Positions 51,323-64,000 of a DNA stretch of 64,000 nucleotides are shown here, in pieces (within the stretch, counting starts at the first letter, position 1; each line of letters begins with the position of its first letter). Under the pieces are notes generated by a model that saw nothing but the letters and a program-made list of their open reading frames with translations, was not told the origin of the DNA and did not search any database. The stretch is taken from assembly GCF_024521635.1 (NCBI RefSeq), contig NW_026250406.1:1612001-1676000 (forward strand), given 5' to 3'. The position numbers and the translations under genes were made by a program. This DNA is from Tricharina praecox. Its lineage: Eukaryota.

Positions 51323-52066
51323 ATGGTCAAAGTCACTCACCTCCTCTTCGACTGCGACAACACGCTCGTCCTCTCGGAAGACCTCGCCTTCGAGGCGTGC
51401 GCCGAAGTGCTGAACCGAATCCTCGCCGCCAACGACATCCCCGACCGCTACACAGGCTCGCAGCTGATCGCCGACTTCGTGGGCATGAACTTCCGCGGGA
51501 TGCTGCACGCGCTGGGCGCCAAGTTCGCGCTCAAGATCTCGCCTGAGGACGAGGACAAGTACGTCAAGGACGAGGAGGACCAGGTGATCGCGACGCTGCT
51601 GCAGAAGGCGGAGCCGTGCGTGAACTGCACGCCTGTGCTCGACGAGCTGCACAAGGAGGGGAAGTACGGGCTCGCCGTCGTCAGCAGCAGCGCCCTGCGC
51701 AGGGTCCAGGCGTCAATCAAGAAGGTCGGTCAGGACGTCTACTTCCCCGCCGACCACGTGTTCTCTGCCGCTACGTCGCTGCCGAAGCCTACGAGTAAGC
51801 CCGACCCCGCCGTCTACCTGTTTGCCTGCGAAAAGCTGGGCAAGGACGTCAAGGAGTGCGTCGCGGTCGAGGACTCAAAGAGCGGAACCCTGTCGGCGGT
51901 GCGTGCGGGTATCCCCGTGATGGGCTATGTCGGCAGTTACCACGGGAAGGAAAAGCAGGAGGAGATGAAGAAGGCGCTGCTGAAGGAGGGTGCCTACAAC
52001 GTCATGACGGATTGGACTGAGTTCAGGACGCTGTTGGCCGAGTTTGAGAAGGCGGAGAAGTTGTAG
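51323..52066 (+). CDS. HAD-superfamily hydrolase, subfamily IA (CbbY/beta-PGM-like), 247 aa
   Basis: Motif I LLFDCDNTLV, motif II VVSSS, KPDP, motif IV VEDSKSG; ACCATGG start context. Confidence 0.93.
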   Translation: MVKVTHLLFDCDNTLVLSEDLAFEACAEVLNRILAANDIPDRYTGSQLIADFVGMNFRGMLHALGAKFALKISPEDEDKYVKDEEDQVIATLLQKAEPCVNCTPVLDELHKEGKYGLAVVSSSALRRVQASIKKVGQDVYFPADHVFSAATSLPKPTSKPDPAVYLFACEKLGKDVKECVAVEDSKSGTLSAVRAGIPVMGYVGSYHGKEKQEEMKKALLKEGAYNVMTDWTEFRTLLAEFEKAEKL

Positions 52067-53489
52067 ATAGGATGGGATTGATGTCTGTTTTCGTTTGTCT
52101 GGTCGTCTGTCTTTTATTTTCTTCCTTGCCCATGGGTCAGGTCGATTAGGTACATCGTACATGGTACGGAGGGTCCAATACTACTCACCGTCAAGTCCAT
52201 AACTGTTCATCACCGCGACCGTGAAATCCATCTTCACGGTGAGCTCCGCCTACCTATCCCCGCTAGGGAACCGTAGTGAACGGCTCATTCCGCCCACCGA
52301 ACCTCCCTGCCATCCTTAGTACATCCCCACCATGACAATGACGTAGTTACCCAGCTAGATCTCCCTTCCTTACTCGCGTCTCCGAGTAGTCCTGATTAGC
52401 CACAAATCGCTGGTATGATTACCAGAGAATCCCGGATGACCGTGAAATCGTGACAAATTATGACGGCATTCCGCACACGACTAGTGAGTCGAACCACCCG
52501 CGGCGTGTGTATAGGAAAAATAGCGCGACGAATCCTTCCAACGCGTGCTGCCGTCCCGTCCGCACTAGAGGAACTAGAGCCCTCGGGAAGACGCGTGAAA
52601 AGCATGGCCAGGTATCAGGGCCGAGAACGCCGCGCGGAGTCGGGACTCGGAGTCGGGACTCGGGAGGAGGATGTGATTTCCGCGGCGCGCAGGTGCGGTA
52701 CCGGTAGAGTTCGAGGATGGTGCCAAACGGGCCGGAAACGCGGTTGTCGCCTGGAGGTTGTCGCCGTGCCGGCGGGCGGCTACTAGCCTGTGATCGGCGA
52801 GCGTGCTGGAACAGGAAAACTTCTGCCGGCAGGTGGTGGTTTTTCTGCTGCGCGAATTACTCGAGTAAGTACATAATATTCGTCCACAATTACTCCTACA
52901 TGTAATATATGCTGGCAAGAGGGATTGGTTGGGGAGCAGCGGACATAGCTTGCCTGATACCGGTAGAAGAGTTTGCGTATGCTCTCGTCGATGACGACGG
53001 TTTTGATCAAGGAGGACGGTTTGCAAAGCGCCGCGGTGGACAAAAGTACACTGGAGTAGATGTTTGGCAGGTTTGGCAGATTTGACAGGTTCGGCGGGGG
53101 CATCGGCGCAGGGCGGATGATGGATCGCCGGTTGGTAGAACCGCAACACGGCGATACCGGGTACGGTATGTCTTGCTTGCTACATTTTCCAGCCAGTAGA
53201 TCGGATTCGCTATCTACATCGCCTATGTACCCAAGCCGCGCTTGCAGGGTGACGAGGTTTGCTGCAAGCATTCACGTGTTCGTGTTTGTTTCGGCTGCAA
53301 GCCTCACACTTTCTCTCACTCGACCTCAATCACCAAACCACTTTTGAAGTTTGGTGTTTGCCCCATGACCACACAAACAATTCTAAACAATTCTATAAGA
53401 AGATTTTGCGCCGCCGCTAGCGGACTCACGATTGTGTGTGCCCGCTAGCGCACTTTTTCGGGCAAATCTGATGTCCCCCCCGAATCTTA

Positions 53490-54224
53490 TAAACACCTCG
53501 CTCCCTTCCCCCCTCTTCTTTTTACTTTCATCTTTCATCTTTCATCCTCTTCACCTAACAACATCACAACAACAAGAGATCTTCAACTACGAACTTTTTC
53601 TTTTCTTCATTGAGCATACCTAGCGTGCTTGTACGAGCTAATCTCCGGTTTGTCACCCTCTTCCTGTATCACTACTGCCATCCATACTCACATTCTTCAC
53701 TCATAGGTCCACAGGAGATTCGCAGCCAGGAGATTCAGGGCCAGGAGACACACCCCCGTGGAGGCTGGGCAAAAGCCCACCTTCGAGGGAGAACTTATGT
53801 TCTCCTTAGGGGGGAGCGGTGATACTGTCGCCCCAGGGGGTTCGTCAACCTCTTACACTACTATTCTCCTTCATACTAACATTCTCCACTCATAGGTAGG
53901 AAGCAGGTCTTCCACCCTTGGACACCCCCCCCCGCGAAGGCTGGGCAATTGCCCACCTTCTAGGGAGAACTCATGTTCTCCCTCAGGGGGGAGGGCAGCT
54001 CCCATCGTTCGAGGGAGGAACGTCCCGCTTTGGTTATCGGAACTACTTTGCCGGGAGCTTCAGTCGTTAGTCACCCTTTCCCCCCTTCTCACATCCCGAC
54101 TAACATCCTCCCGCCACTCACAGGTTGGTCAATGACTATTCGGGTAACTCGCGGCTACAAGAACCCATTGGAGCCGGAGACCGGATACCGCTACGATGGC
54201 GTACGTCGTACACTGACGAAATAA
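53490..54224 (+). pseudogene. Decayed multi-intron gene with tandemly repeated intron-exon units
   Basis: TATAAA 53488-53493 and CT-rich leader; three similar introns ending CACTCA(T/C)AG at 53706, 53895 and 54123; repeated exon GGCTGGGCAA..GCCCACCTTC.AGGGAGAACT.ATGTTCTCC. Confidence 0.45.
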
Positions 54225-55077
54225 AAGACAAACCTCTTGCTTTCGTCATTGGCTGGCGAATGACGATCGTTCGTGGGGCCCGCTGAGAGGTCCACAAGCT
54301 CAACCCTGGTGGCTATGGCCGGAGCTGAGATCTCCTCAAGTTCAACCATGGTGGTTGTGGCCGAAGCTGGCATCACGACCCCAGATCCTCGTAGTCTAGG
54401 CGGGATTCGGATTTGTGACCCTTGACCCTGGTGGTCGGGGCCGGATCCGGGGTGATTACCCCAGTCGCACCCTGGTAGTCGGGGCCGGAGCTGGCATGGC
54501 GACTCCCGACTCTGGTGGTCAGGATGGAGAATTCCGAACTGTTCACACGTATGTCTCCTGTGTTTCGCCTCCTGTCGATTGGATTTGATCGTGAAGGGTA
54601 GTTGCTGATGTGCATATCGGCGGTAGCAGTGGGTGTGACTTGGAGTTGCGGTGTTAATATGTCGCGCCCTGGAGAGGAATGTTCATTCATCTCCGGGGAT
54701 TGGGGAGTCATCCCATGTATAATCTTCGCCATTGCCGACAGAGTCCTTCATCCGATAGTCGATTCAAGAAGACGCATAGCGCAATTCAGAGAGTCGTACC
54801 ATCACAGGGCCTTCGAGCACGCATACTTGAAGGTTGAGCTACTTCCCACTATCGACTTCTTCGTCCATATCCGGATGATTAGGATCCCGACGATACTCTT
54901 TGCGGAAGGAACGACCACAGACCTGTCTGAGTTTCGGAGTGTTCCGATCGGTTTTGGTGGAATAGTTGTTGTTTTTGTGGAGTAGTTATTGTTTTTGTGG
55001 AGTAGTTATTGTTTTTGTGAAATTTTTGGTGGAGTAGTTGTTTAAGTTAAAAAATCGCGATTTAACCACTGTTTTAA

Positions 55078-55162
55078 TGTGAGACTGGAACGGTTTCGGG
55101 ACGTCGAAGTCTTAATAGGTATCGAGTATACAATAAAAGTCAGGGATTTCGATAATTCAATA
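55078..55162. repeat. ~84-bp dispersed repeat with TG...CA-like ends (mini-LTR-like, family B)
   Basis: TGTGAGACTGG...AATAAAAGTCAGGGATTTCGATAATTCA is shared with 63682..63765. Confidence 0.7.
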
Positions 55163-58100
55163 TCCTTGATCGTCGCTAGGAATCCCTAGTAGTCTCCGTT
55201 CACGAATCTAGCGCTCGAGAGGCAGCGGCAGGCAGCCACACCGGCAGGATCTAGACTCGGGGCCCTACAGTCCTTGAGATTCCATAATGAGGCCGTCTTC
55301 CTTTGCCGGATTGATCCACGGCAACCGATGGCGATACATCCACCCTCAGCGACCTCTACATCCACAGGGCCTCGTCAAGGCGCGACACATATCAGGATGA
55401 AATCCGGAACCACCTGCAATATTGGTTCCATCTCTCGCCATCAGAGAGCTAGCCCTCTTTCGTCGATATTCGATCCGGGCTACCTAGTCGCTCAGACCGA
55501 CGCGGTAATTCGCGCCAACTTTTCGAGTAAGAGTGCGACTGGACTCAGAGAGGCGCTTCGGCCGATCATGGTACCGTTTATTGAGTGGTAGCCGGAATCC
55601 GGACGCATGCGGTTCCCCGGGAGCTGCCGAGACCTTTGAAGCACTGAGTCGACAGAGAGCGAATGCAGGATACCGGAAGATGCCCGTAATCCTGGCATAT
55701 TCGAGTCAACCCCCGGTGGCGATGATCTATACATCATCTATCTAATGATACGGTTCAAGCTTCTCTCTGGCTGTCACTATGACTGTTCAATCGACAGTAT
55801 TCGGAAATCAAGGAATTTCCTTTAAGAGCTGAGCATGGTCTGCCGGCGCTGGTTGCAGTGTCACGGATTCATCATTCATGGGGTTGGAATGGTATCGAAG
55901 AGTACGGAGGACGAATATCGACTCCATGACTCAACTATGGCATCGCCGGCTTTCCACGGCGCATAGTACATTCGAGGGGGGAGAGCGATGAAGAGTAGCC
56001 ATCGTCACCGATGCCAGAATTGGATCCGGAGCCAGAACACGGATGGTGTGGGAAGGAGGGATGGGCTTACGCCCCAGAAAAACGTCAATGCGGAACCCAG
56101 AAACAATCCACCTAGTGGTACTATCCATCCCATCCACCGCTACCGCGTCGTTGCCGCTGGCACCTCTTCGAGTCCGTGTTCCGTGTTCCGGATTCTCCGC
56201 CTGTTGCGTTTTCCTCCAAATACCGACCAACTCCAGGAGTCCAGGTCCTCATCGTCGATTGGTTCACTACAGGCTCATGATCGACATCCAGCACGAATCA
56301 AAGGTCTGCGGCTTGGTTGAAACGTCGTGGATGGAGGAAGATCACACTTCCGTGTACGGCAATGGGAGTCGTATTACAATTTACCACGCGACACGGGCTG
56401 GATGCTGGAGCAACCCGGGCGAAAAAAGGAGCGGGTGATAAACCATGGTCCGCGGTTGGTGCGAGGGTAGCTCCTCTTTCGTTGCCAAGAGATTGTATGC
56501 ATGTCTGTGATCGAGTTCTGTTGGCAAAATCCAGGTCAGGGCGACGATCTGTGTCGTGTATCATGACACTAACAGGCTACAGCTCGAGGTCAGTGGCGAA
56601 TATTTGTGCTAGTGCATAGCCCTGCCTGCCACGCGAAGTGCAGCCGCTTAGAGTGGCATCAACGAAAAGACTGGGTATGAGGACTCTCCTTAGTATTCCA
56701 GCGGGAGTTTATCCACGATAGCCCTGACAGGTTCAGCCAGGAATTTCGGGGAAGAGTGAAGCTGAGGATTTTTAGCGGGTGATAGACTATGATTTGCCGG
56801 TAGATTGACGATTTGTTCGTGATTCAGACAGTCTTCATGTGGGGTTCTCGGGGCTGGGAGTGTCGAGAACAACTATTCTCACAGACTACAGATCGTTGCT
56901 AACGGAGTGCCAGGTCATCAGGCATTTCGGCGACGGAAAACGGATCGAATATGCTCCTGACGAATGGGAGTGACGAACCAACCAACCAACGATCCAGAAT
57001 CCTCAGCAAAACACTGACCACCGAGACTCACCGCAGTGACGGTAGTGTGCTGGGTACGATATGCGAGCTAAAACGATCGCGACGTCCAATGCTGCTGCAA
57101 CAGTGAATAAGAGCAAAAGGGGGTTTCTCCCGGGCTTGGCCTGGCCAAGCTATCGAATCCGGTTTTGTTTCGACCGGAGTCAACCAATCACACCGAGTCT
57201 ACGTATTTTCCGTTTCATAATGCGAACCAATCGGCGGATTTTGCGAAGCGGGGCTACAATATCCTAAGTTCTAACTGGTGGTACTGGCGATACAGAGGCA
57301 ATCCCCGTCGAGTCCGGAGGCGTGTGAAATACTGTTGTCTAATGGTATCATGGCTCCATTCCGTTTCACGACGCCACCAATCCGGATTGCCGAGATGGAT
57401 GTTGCTCTTCAACGTGGGGGCAAGGTCCTTAGGGAGTCAAGACTGCCGGCGATAACCACATCGCGGAATGATGGTACCTTTGGGATGGTGTATGGCGATG
57501 GTTCCAGTCTCTATTATTATTTTTCACCGCATTCGTTCTCCAGTAGGGCCAAGAGATAAACCAGCAAACACGCACTGCGCCCCCTAAGACATAGGGAAAA
57601 AGCATCCGTCCACAGAACCACAGGCATCCACTCACACACCGTTACACGGAAATTTTCGAGCCGAACAGAAAATGAATCACTCCATATCCTATCGCCGATC
57701 CTTCAGCCCTTCACCGCCGATAACGGAAGTCCTACTGCATATTTTAAACACTTTCCCCCATATACTTGGATGCCTACGACGACTTTATGCACCGCCGGTA
57801 AGTTCCGGCACCCGCGCGTCGCAATGCAGGAACTCTTCACGCATCTGCAGGCACGCCCACGCACACATCCCTTCTCCGCCGCACTCCCAGCTGCATGTCT
57901 GGCACCACCGCAGCTGCTCCACGTCTCGCGATCGTTCGCTTGTCATATATCTTTGGGACGCCTGGCATCGGTGTGTGTGGTGGGGGGGAGTGCGGTTCCA
58001 GTCAGCCCTATGGACCAATAGCCGCCGCGAGATGGGACCTCGATGATGACGATGGATCCAACGCCAGCCAACCAGGATGTCGGGAACCGGGGAAATGCGA

Positions 58101-58430
58101 CGACGCTACGTGGGGCAATTAGCGCCCGCCTCCGGGGTTCGACCAGTAGCCGTCATGAACTCGCACAACCCACTCGCATCTCGAAGATCACCAACACAAC
58201 CGACGGAGAGGTGGATACTCAACCCAATGAAAAATTTATGTGAATACCGCACCCCTTACCCGAGGCGAGGTATTTTACTAGATACTGGGTTATCTTCCCC
58301 CCCGCATGACCCGGCGCGCCTTTGCATACATTCCTTTGATTCTCCTTCCCTTGCTTTCCCTCTCTGCCGTGCTTTGTACCGGTCACATACAGGTACATAA
58401 CCGTTATCGCAATCGTCACCCTGTACCTAC

Positions 58431-59095
58431 ATGTCCTTCGTCATGATGTTGTGCGGATTCACTCCTTTGACTTTTTTTTCTTCATCTACTCCTTCTTTTG
58501 TTTCGTCTTTCGTTTGTATGATCGTTTGGTGTCTGCTGCGGGGGACGGGGGTGGATGCGCGGGATTTGGAGACGACGGAGGCAGAGGTAGATATCGCCGC
58601 CGTGGGCATTGATGTACCTCGCATGCTGACGCCACCTTATAGAGAACTCGAACAACGAGAACACGCACGTCCTTCACAACTGTACACCCCACAATCGCCA
58701 CGAAATTCCCCAACTTCACGCGTCAGGCCATCACCTCTCTCGCGCGTAGACCATCCGCCGCGATAGCCACCTCCTCCGACAATGTTCCGTCCTACACCAC
58801 TGCTCCTGCGTACACCATCAGCCCCGCCCTCCTCGCCGCAACCTCCTCTTCGCGCCTAAAGTACTCGCACGAAACCTCGTTCCCCGTCCTCTCCGTGATT
58901 GCGCTCGTCCTCGGATTATCGACACTCGCGGTGACATTACTCTACGTGTCGATGTGCTGGATTCACAAGCGGCGGAGGGATCGGGTCGAGATAGTCGAAG
59001 TCGTGCAGGCGCCGGAGAGGCTGGGGACCGCGAGAAGTGAGGCGGCACTGGCGGGGGGTGGGAAGCCGATGGCCGCGGGAGGGATGGGGTTTTAG
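58431..59095 (+). CDS. Probable spliced single-pass membrane protein
   Basis: The last exon is open from ~58751: Ser/Thr-rich, TM VLSVIALVLGLSTLAVTLLYVSMCWI, then HKRRR. Upstream there is hydrophobic sequence and candidate introns; start and junctions are uncertain. Confidence 0.45.
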
Positions 59096-59637
59096 GCGGG
59101 AGTATGATAATGCGTGGTGGAGTTCTTCTTCTTTGATTCTGGGCACGGGCTGTTTGGGGATATTATAATTTGGTTCTGTTTTCTCAGCGTTTTCAAGCGG
59201 GTTGGGGTTATTGCGGTTGTAGGTTGTATTTCATGTTTAAGGCTGGCTTTTTAGGATCCATTGGCATGTCTGCTTGGTGGATGAACGGATATCACGGTGG
59301 TGTTTTCAAATTGACGATGAGGATGTTTCTTCTGCTTAAAGATCGAATAGATGTCCGTTCTTCATCGCCGTGGGAGTGGGTGATAGGCAACACGGACTTC
59401 TTTTTCGAGAATCGAGACATCGATACCGATGCACGGGCCAGCCCGCTTCCCGTCCTCGATAGATGACCTCACTCGCGCACCCTCCTCCGCCGCCGCTTTT
59501 TTTCCCCACCCTTTGCGCGGCCATGACGTCGCCATCCCCCCCACCCCTACGAGATACTTCAAATCACCTCGCCCACCCCCGTTCACTTCCCAACCATCCT
59601 CATCCTCTCCCACAATCTCAATCAAAAAACCACAACT

Positions 59638-60298
59638 ATGTCCGCCTCCCGCTCATACGACTACGCCGCCTCCACCGCCCGCGATGCCGCCGGCACCATC
59701 GGCCGCGAAGTCGCCGGCACCGTCGGCCGCAGCGCCTCCAACGCGCTTCTCTTCGCGCGTAAGCGCCCCCGCCCCCTACCCCGCCTCCTTGCTCCTCCAC
59801 GCATGCTAATCCTACCCACAGCCACGACGGCCGCAATGTCGCTCCCCTTTGCCGCGTACCTCCTAACCCTCTCGCACCGGGTGATCCGCGCGCGCAAGTC
59901 TACGAACACGCTGATCGGCGAGCACTCCTCCGCCACCGGCGGGACAGACCCGTTGTACATCGCCGTGCGCGCGCACCAGAACTATCTGGAAACCGTGCCC
60001 ACCGGGCTGCTGCTCGCGCTGCTGGCGGAGCTGAATGGTGCTAACAGGAGGGTCCTCGCTTATGCCCTCGCGGGCCTGTGGGTGCTCAGGGTCGTGAATG
60101 TGTAAGTGACCTTGAGGTGGAGAGTGGGCTGGAGTGGGTGAGCAGTGCTGATACATGGAGGGAAATAGTGAGGCCGGGTTGAGGGCTGAAGGCACCACCG
60201 GCGTTGGCAGGAAGATAGGGTATTATGGAACGCACACGTGGATTGGGGCTATGGCAGCTTGGTGTGTCCACTTGACAAGGGATTACTGGGGCTATTAA
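59638..60298 (+). CDS. MAPEG-family membrane protein
   Basis: Three exons, introns 59759..59821 and 60102..60168; motif RAHQNYLETVP...LLAELNG...LRV; ends ...TRDYWGY*. Confidence 0.88.
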
Positions 60299-61394
60299 AG
60301 CGCTCAGAGAAGCACATGCGAGCAGCGAAGGGCATGTTTTGCACCGTTGAAGATGGCCCGGTGGGCGGGATTTGGGGGAAGAGTTTGTGATATAGTGATA
60401 TTTCATGATTTGACTCTGGTTCTGCTCTCCGAATCTCTAATCCAGAAAAGGTGCTGTTGGTGTGGGAAAAGGAAAAACAATTTCCACTTAGGCTGAGTAC
60501 GTATCGGCTTGTGGCAGGTATCAGGTACATACATTCCTTCAGTTCCCACCCAAGGTAGCCATGCCCAGGGACTGGAGTCGACTGCCGTCCGACTCTGTCC
60601 ATACTCAAACGGGATGGCGGACGGGACGTACTACTTTGATTGCGCCCTCCAAAACTAACGGACTAGGTATGTGAAACACCATGGCCAGCTCTACCAACCA
60701 TGCACCTACCTACATAGATACGGGCTGAGGCTAGAGGCAGTGATGTGCGACATGTTTTCCCATAGAAATACAACTTTTGGTCTCTCCGTACATACTTGAG
60801 TCTATGTATTACCTACAGTGGTAAAAAATATGGGCTGCTCGGGACCAGAGTGCAACTTGAATTGTGCAATTTCCATGTTGCTTCAGTACCGTGATAGAAT
60901 TTAGGACCCGATGTAATGCAGATTCATATGAATGCGTCATGCCCGAAATCCTGTCGCGCTACCGTAGTTGTAACACTCTGTACCGGTTTTACAGTGCACA
61001 TTTGTCTGAAATGCTAGTGATAAATGCCTGATTGTATGACTGCGGAAGCCGATCTAAATGCTGCATTTACAGGTAGGATGCCCAACGCCTTTCAATACGT
61101 AATCATTTACCCTCCTTAGTGCGATGGCCATCATAATACTAGGCAGCAAAACTACATGCGGCATTCTTTAGAATGCCGTTTTCTCGACATACTAGGTACT
61201 AGGTACCGCACCGTACGAATGGTTGCAGCATTCTTGACGATTACTAACATAAAGGTAAATGCTCAGGTATGATAATCATCTGCGCCCAGTTTACGGGCAG
61301 CAACGTTAAAATAGCCGAGTAGCTTGCAATGGATGTGATCAACTTCTCGGAGCACGGCGACCATAATCCCCTCGAACCTAAGAGTTGTACGCCG

Positions 61395-62345
61395 CTAGTA
61401 TTTTAGAATATCTATGGGATTACAATGGGTGATCCCAGTCATGATGGCGACTTGCGTGGAGCCAGGGAGCTCCCACGGATTGATTGAGTAGGCCATACCG
61501 TCCGCATGAACACCATCGGGATCCCAGTACTCGACAACCCCCCGTACGGTTTTCCAATTAGCCATGACTTCGTAAAGATCGCCCTCTTCATCCTTTATGA
61601 AAATATCTCCGGCATCGTGTGTCGATTCGTTTTGAATATCCATACATGAGAAGGGACCACCAAGTCCTGGGCCGTCCGCCTAGCTAGTGTGTTTCTTTTC
61701 CAAGACTTTTTGTGAAACTAGAGGTATTGCGTGACAGGTCCCCTTTCTACCAGTAGCGACTCTGGCGCCGAGCCATAGCCCTCGGCTTCCAGTATTCGCC
61801 GATTGTCGAAGACGGTCTTAAGACATGGCCCATGAAATACAGTCCCGCGCAATTGAGCTTAGCGAACATCCATGCTGTGTCGGACGGGCACCACCCATTG
61901 ATCCTGAAGCGCGAGTATAAAAAGGTGCAAAAAGTTCGCAAATTCCAGGAAGCATTGCACGTCGGTCACGGTACTAGGTTTCTCCCACTCCAGTATGCAG
62001 GAGACTTTCGCTGGGTCCATCTTGATTCCATTTATTGTGATGATCAGTCCTAGATACTTGACCTCCGTTTGGTGGAAGTGGCATTTTCGGGGCTTAAGAT
62101 GTAGGCTGGCTGCAGACAGTGCGTGAAGTACCTTCCTGATCTGTTTCTGGTGTTCTTCCAGGACTCGACTGTAGATGAAGACGTCGTCGATGAATGCAGT
62201 GCAGAAATCATTGAGGTACAGGAATAGCACATCCTTGATCAGAACTTCGAAATGGGCATGGCGTTGATGAGGTCGGAGGGCATGGCGAGGGATTCGAGGA
62301 GGCCATAGCGTGTCCGGAAAGCTGTTTTTCAACCTTCTGTTCCCG
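61395..62345 (-). mobile_element. Ty3/Gypsy (chromovirus-like) relic: RT fragment plus chromodomain-like remnant
   Basis: KTAFRTRYGL...FIDDVFIYS...KCHFHQTEVKYLGLII...MDPAKV; downstream EEGDLYEV...RGVVEYW resembles an integrase chromodomain. Confidence 0.85.
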
Positions 62346-62366
62346 CCATCCGGACCAGGCCCTAGG

Positions 62367-62928
62367 TATAACGGCACGGTTGGGCAAGGCTCCAGGTAGT
62401 GAAGTCGGGCAGGGGATCAGGTACTGGGATTCTGTAGAGGCAAGAAAGGTTCAGAGGACAAGGCAAGGAAGGGCTCAGTGCGGACGGCAACTGAGAACAG
62501 AGGCAGGACAAGGACTACGGTGCAGATGGCAGCCGAGGCAAGGACAGAGGTAACAGTGATTGACTTAACAAGTTGTTGCGTGAAGAACTAAATACAGAGG
62601 GGCAACGGCCCGTTTATATAGAAAATCCTCCACATCTTCCCGCAACCTGACAATGACCGTGCGCGTGTGCCAGACCCTGAAAAATCCACCTTGCTAGTAC
62701 CCCCGCTTCCGTGACTCGTACCCTGCGCAGCTGCACTACCCCTGCTTCCTGCACACACCGCCCAAATCCCCTGCGGCTCATTACTGCGCAATCCCTGCTC
62801 CCTGCACACAGCCCCCAATCCTCTGCGACTCATCCTTGCACTGCCGTTGCACTGCCTGTGCACTGCCTCCCAACTCTTCCGATCCTTGCGCCGACCCTTC
62901 CTTCGTCATTCCGTTGCAAGCCATGACA
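62367..62928. mobile_element. LTR-like segment (~560 bp) between two RT fragments
   Basis: Ends T(A)TAACGG...CCATGACA, internal TTTATATA, short internal repeats; flanks do not form a TSD. Confidence 0.55.
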
Positions 62929-63600
62929 CATGCTCTTCCTGCGTCTTCGCATAGATGAGTAAGTCATCGATGTACACGGCCAGTCCCAAATCCAACATAT
63001 ACAGAAATATGTGGTTAATCATGTTCTAGAACGTCACTGGAGCGTTGCTCAGCCCAAACAGCATGTCCCAAAACTCGTATAATCCGTATCAACAGTGCAA
63101 AGCCGTCTTCCACTCGTCACCTTCCTTGATGCGGATAAGGTGATAGTCATTCTTCAGATCAATTTTGGTGAAGACTTTTGCACCCCTGACTCGGTCTTGC
63201 AACTCTGCCATGATCGGGTGTGGGTAGCGATTGGCTACAGTAATCTTGTTGATACCACGATACTCGACACATAATCGGAGACCCCTACCGTGCGCCTTTG
63301 GTACAAATAATATATGCGCCCCGGCTGGTGATTTGGATCTTCGAATCTTGCCTGTCTGGAGCATCTCCTTGAGCCACTCCCTGAGAGCCTCAAGTTCTTT
63401 CTCTGACAGCGCATAGATAGGACCCCATGAAGGAGTCTCTCTTTCCTTGAGATCAATTGCATGGTTGTAGGACTTGTGATCAGGAAGCTTATCGGCTGCT
63501 TTCTTGCTCATAATGTTCGCATATTGTCTGGACTTCTCAGGAAGCAGTTTTATGGGTGTATCTGATTCCGGGTGTCACAGTTCAGAAATCCTGGCAGTAA
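62929..63600 (-). mobile_element. Second Ty3/Gypsy reverse-transcriptase fragment
   Basis: LPDHKSYNHAIDL...WGPIYALS...SKSPAGAHILFVPK...LRLCVEYRGIN...FTKIDLK...EWKTA...VYIDDLLIY, cut at the LTR-like segment. Confidence 0.92.
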
Positions 63601-63681
63601 GTAGCTAATGGGATGATGGCCTTCAGCCATCAAAATACATTTGGCCGGGTGGTATAGTACTTTCCCAGTGGACTTTATTAC

Positions 63682-63765
63682 TGTGAGACTGGGATGAGTT
63701 TGTGTCGTCGGAGTCTATGGTATTATGGAGTGTAGAATAAAAGTCAGGGATTTCGATAATTCACA
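63682..63765. repeat. ~84-bp dispersed repeat, family B, TGTGA...TCACA
   Basis: Inverted 5-bp ends and AATAAA; homologous to 55078..55162; adjacent to the Gypsy relic. Confidence 0.7.
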
Positions 63766-64000
63766 ACGGAATAATCTTAAGGGTGTTTGTTCGATGGTTT
63801 GTTCGGTGCGATGATTGTGTTTTTTGGTTCAGTTGCCCGCTCGGTTCGACTTATAGTCGTCCCGATCAACAGCACGTGATTCCTCTAGAGTGAGGCCGAA
63901 CGTAGCTCCGTTGCTTCCTTTGCATTGGAGTTCTGCGGCCTAGCCTTGAGTCGTCGTCAGCTCTCTTCGGATAGTCTTCTCGACTAGGCAGGTGGTAAAC

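Noticed and set aside
52783..53271. F-box-like relic (MPPPNLSNLPNLPNI...)
   Set aside because: Only a short, low-complexity resemblance.
54230..57000. Gag/pol or LINE relic
   Set aside because: Looks degenerate but I could not read a convincing diagnostic motif; needs tBLASTx against repeat libraries.

Overview
Eukaryotic DNA from a filamentous ascomycete. Introns are 49-67 nt with GT-AG ends and CTAAC/CTGAC branch sites; Pezizomycetes is my guess, not something the window proves. The interval is gene-sparse and repeat-rich. Intact recognisable genes are a secreted GH76 alpha-1,6-mannanase-type hydrolase, a Nudix hydrolase, a HAD-IA hydrolase, a MAPEG protein, an atypical NoxR/p67phox-like TPR protein, several small single-pass membrane or orphan proteins, tRNA-Ser(AGA) and tRNA-Gln(CTG). 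Mobile DNA includes solo LTRs with 5-bp TSDs, hAT-type MITEs with 8-bp TSDs, a Tc1/mariner-type MITE, Tad1-like LINE relics and Ty3/Gypsy pol relics. Four observations stand out: (1) three dispersed paralogues of one Cys-rich secreted family, all disabled; (2) a stand-alone intron-containing relic of a DIM-2/Masc2-type BAH domain; (3) a palindromic CGCTAGCG motif sitting just upstream of TATA-like boxes in four decayed genes, two of them chromatin-related; (4) a NoxR-like protein with reversed domain layout and no PB1 domain. All homology calls come from motif recognition by eye; no searches were run.
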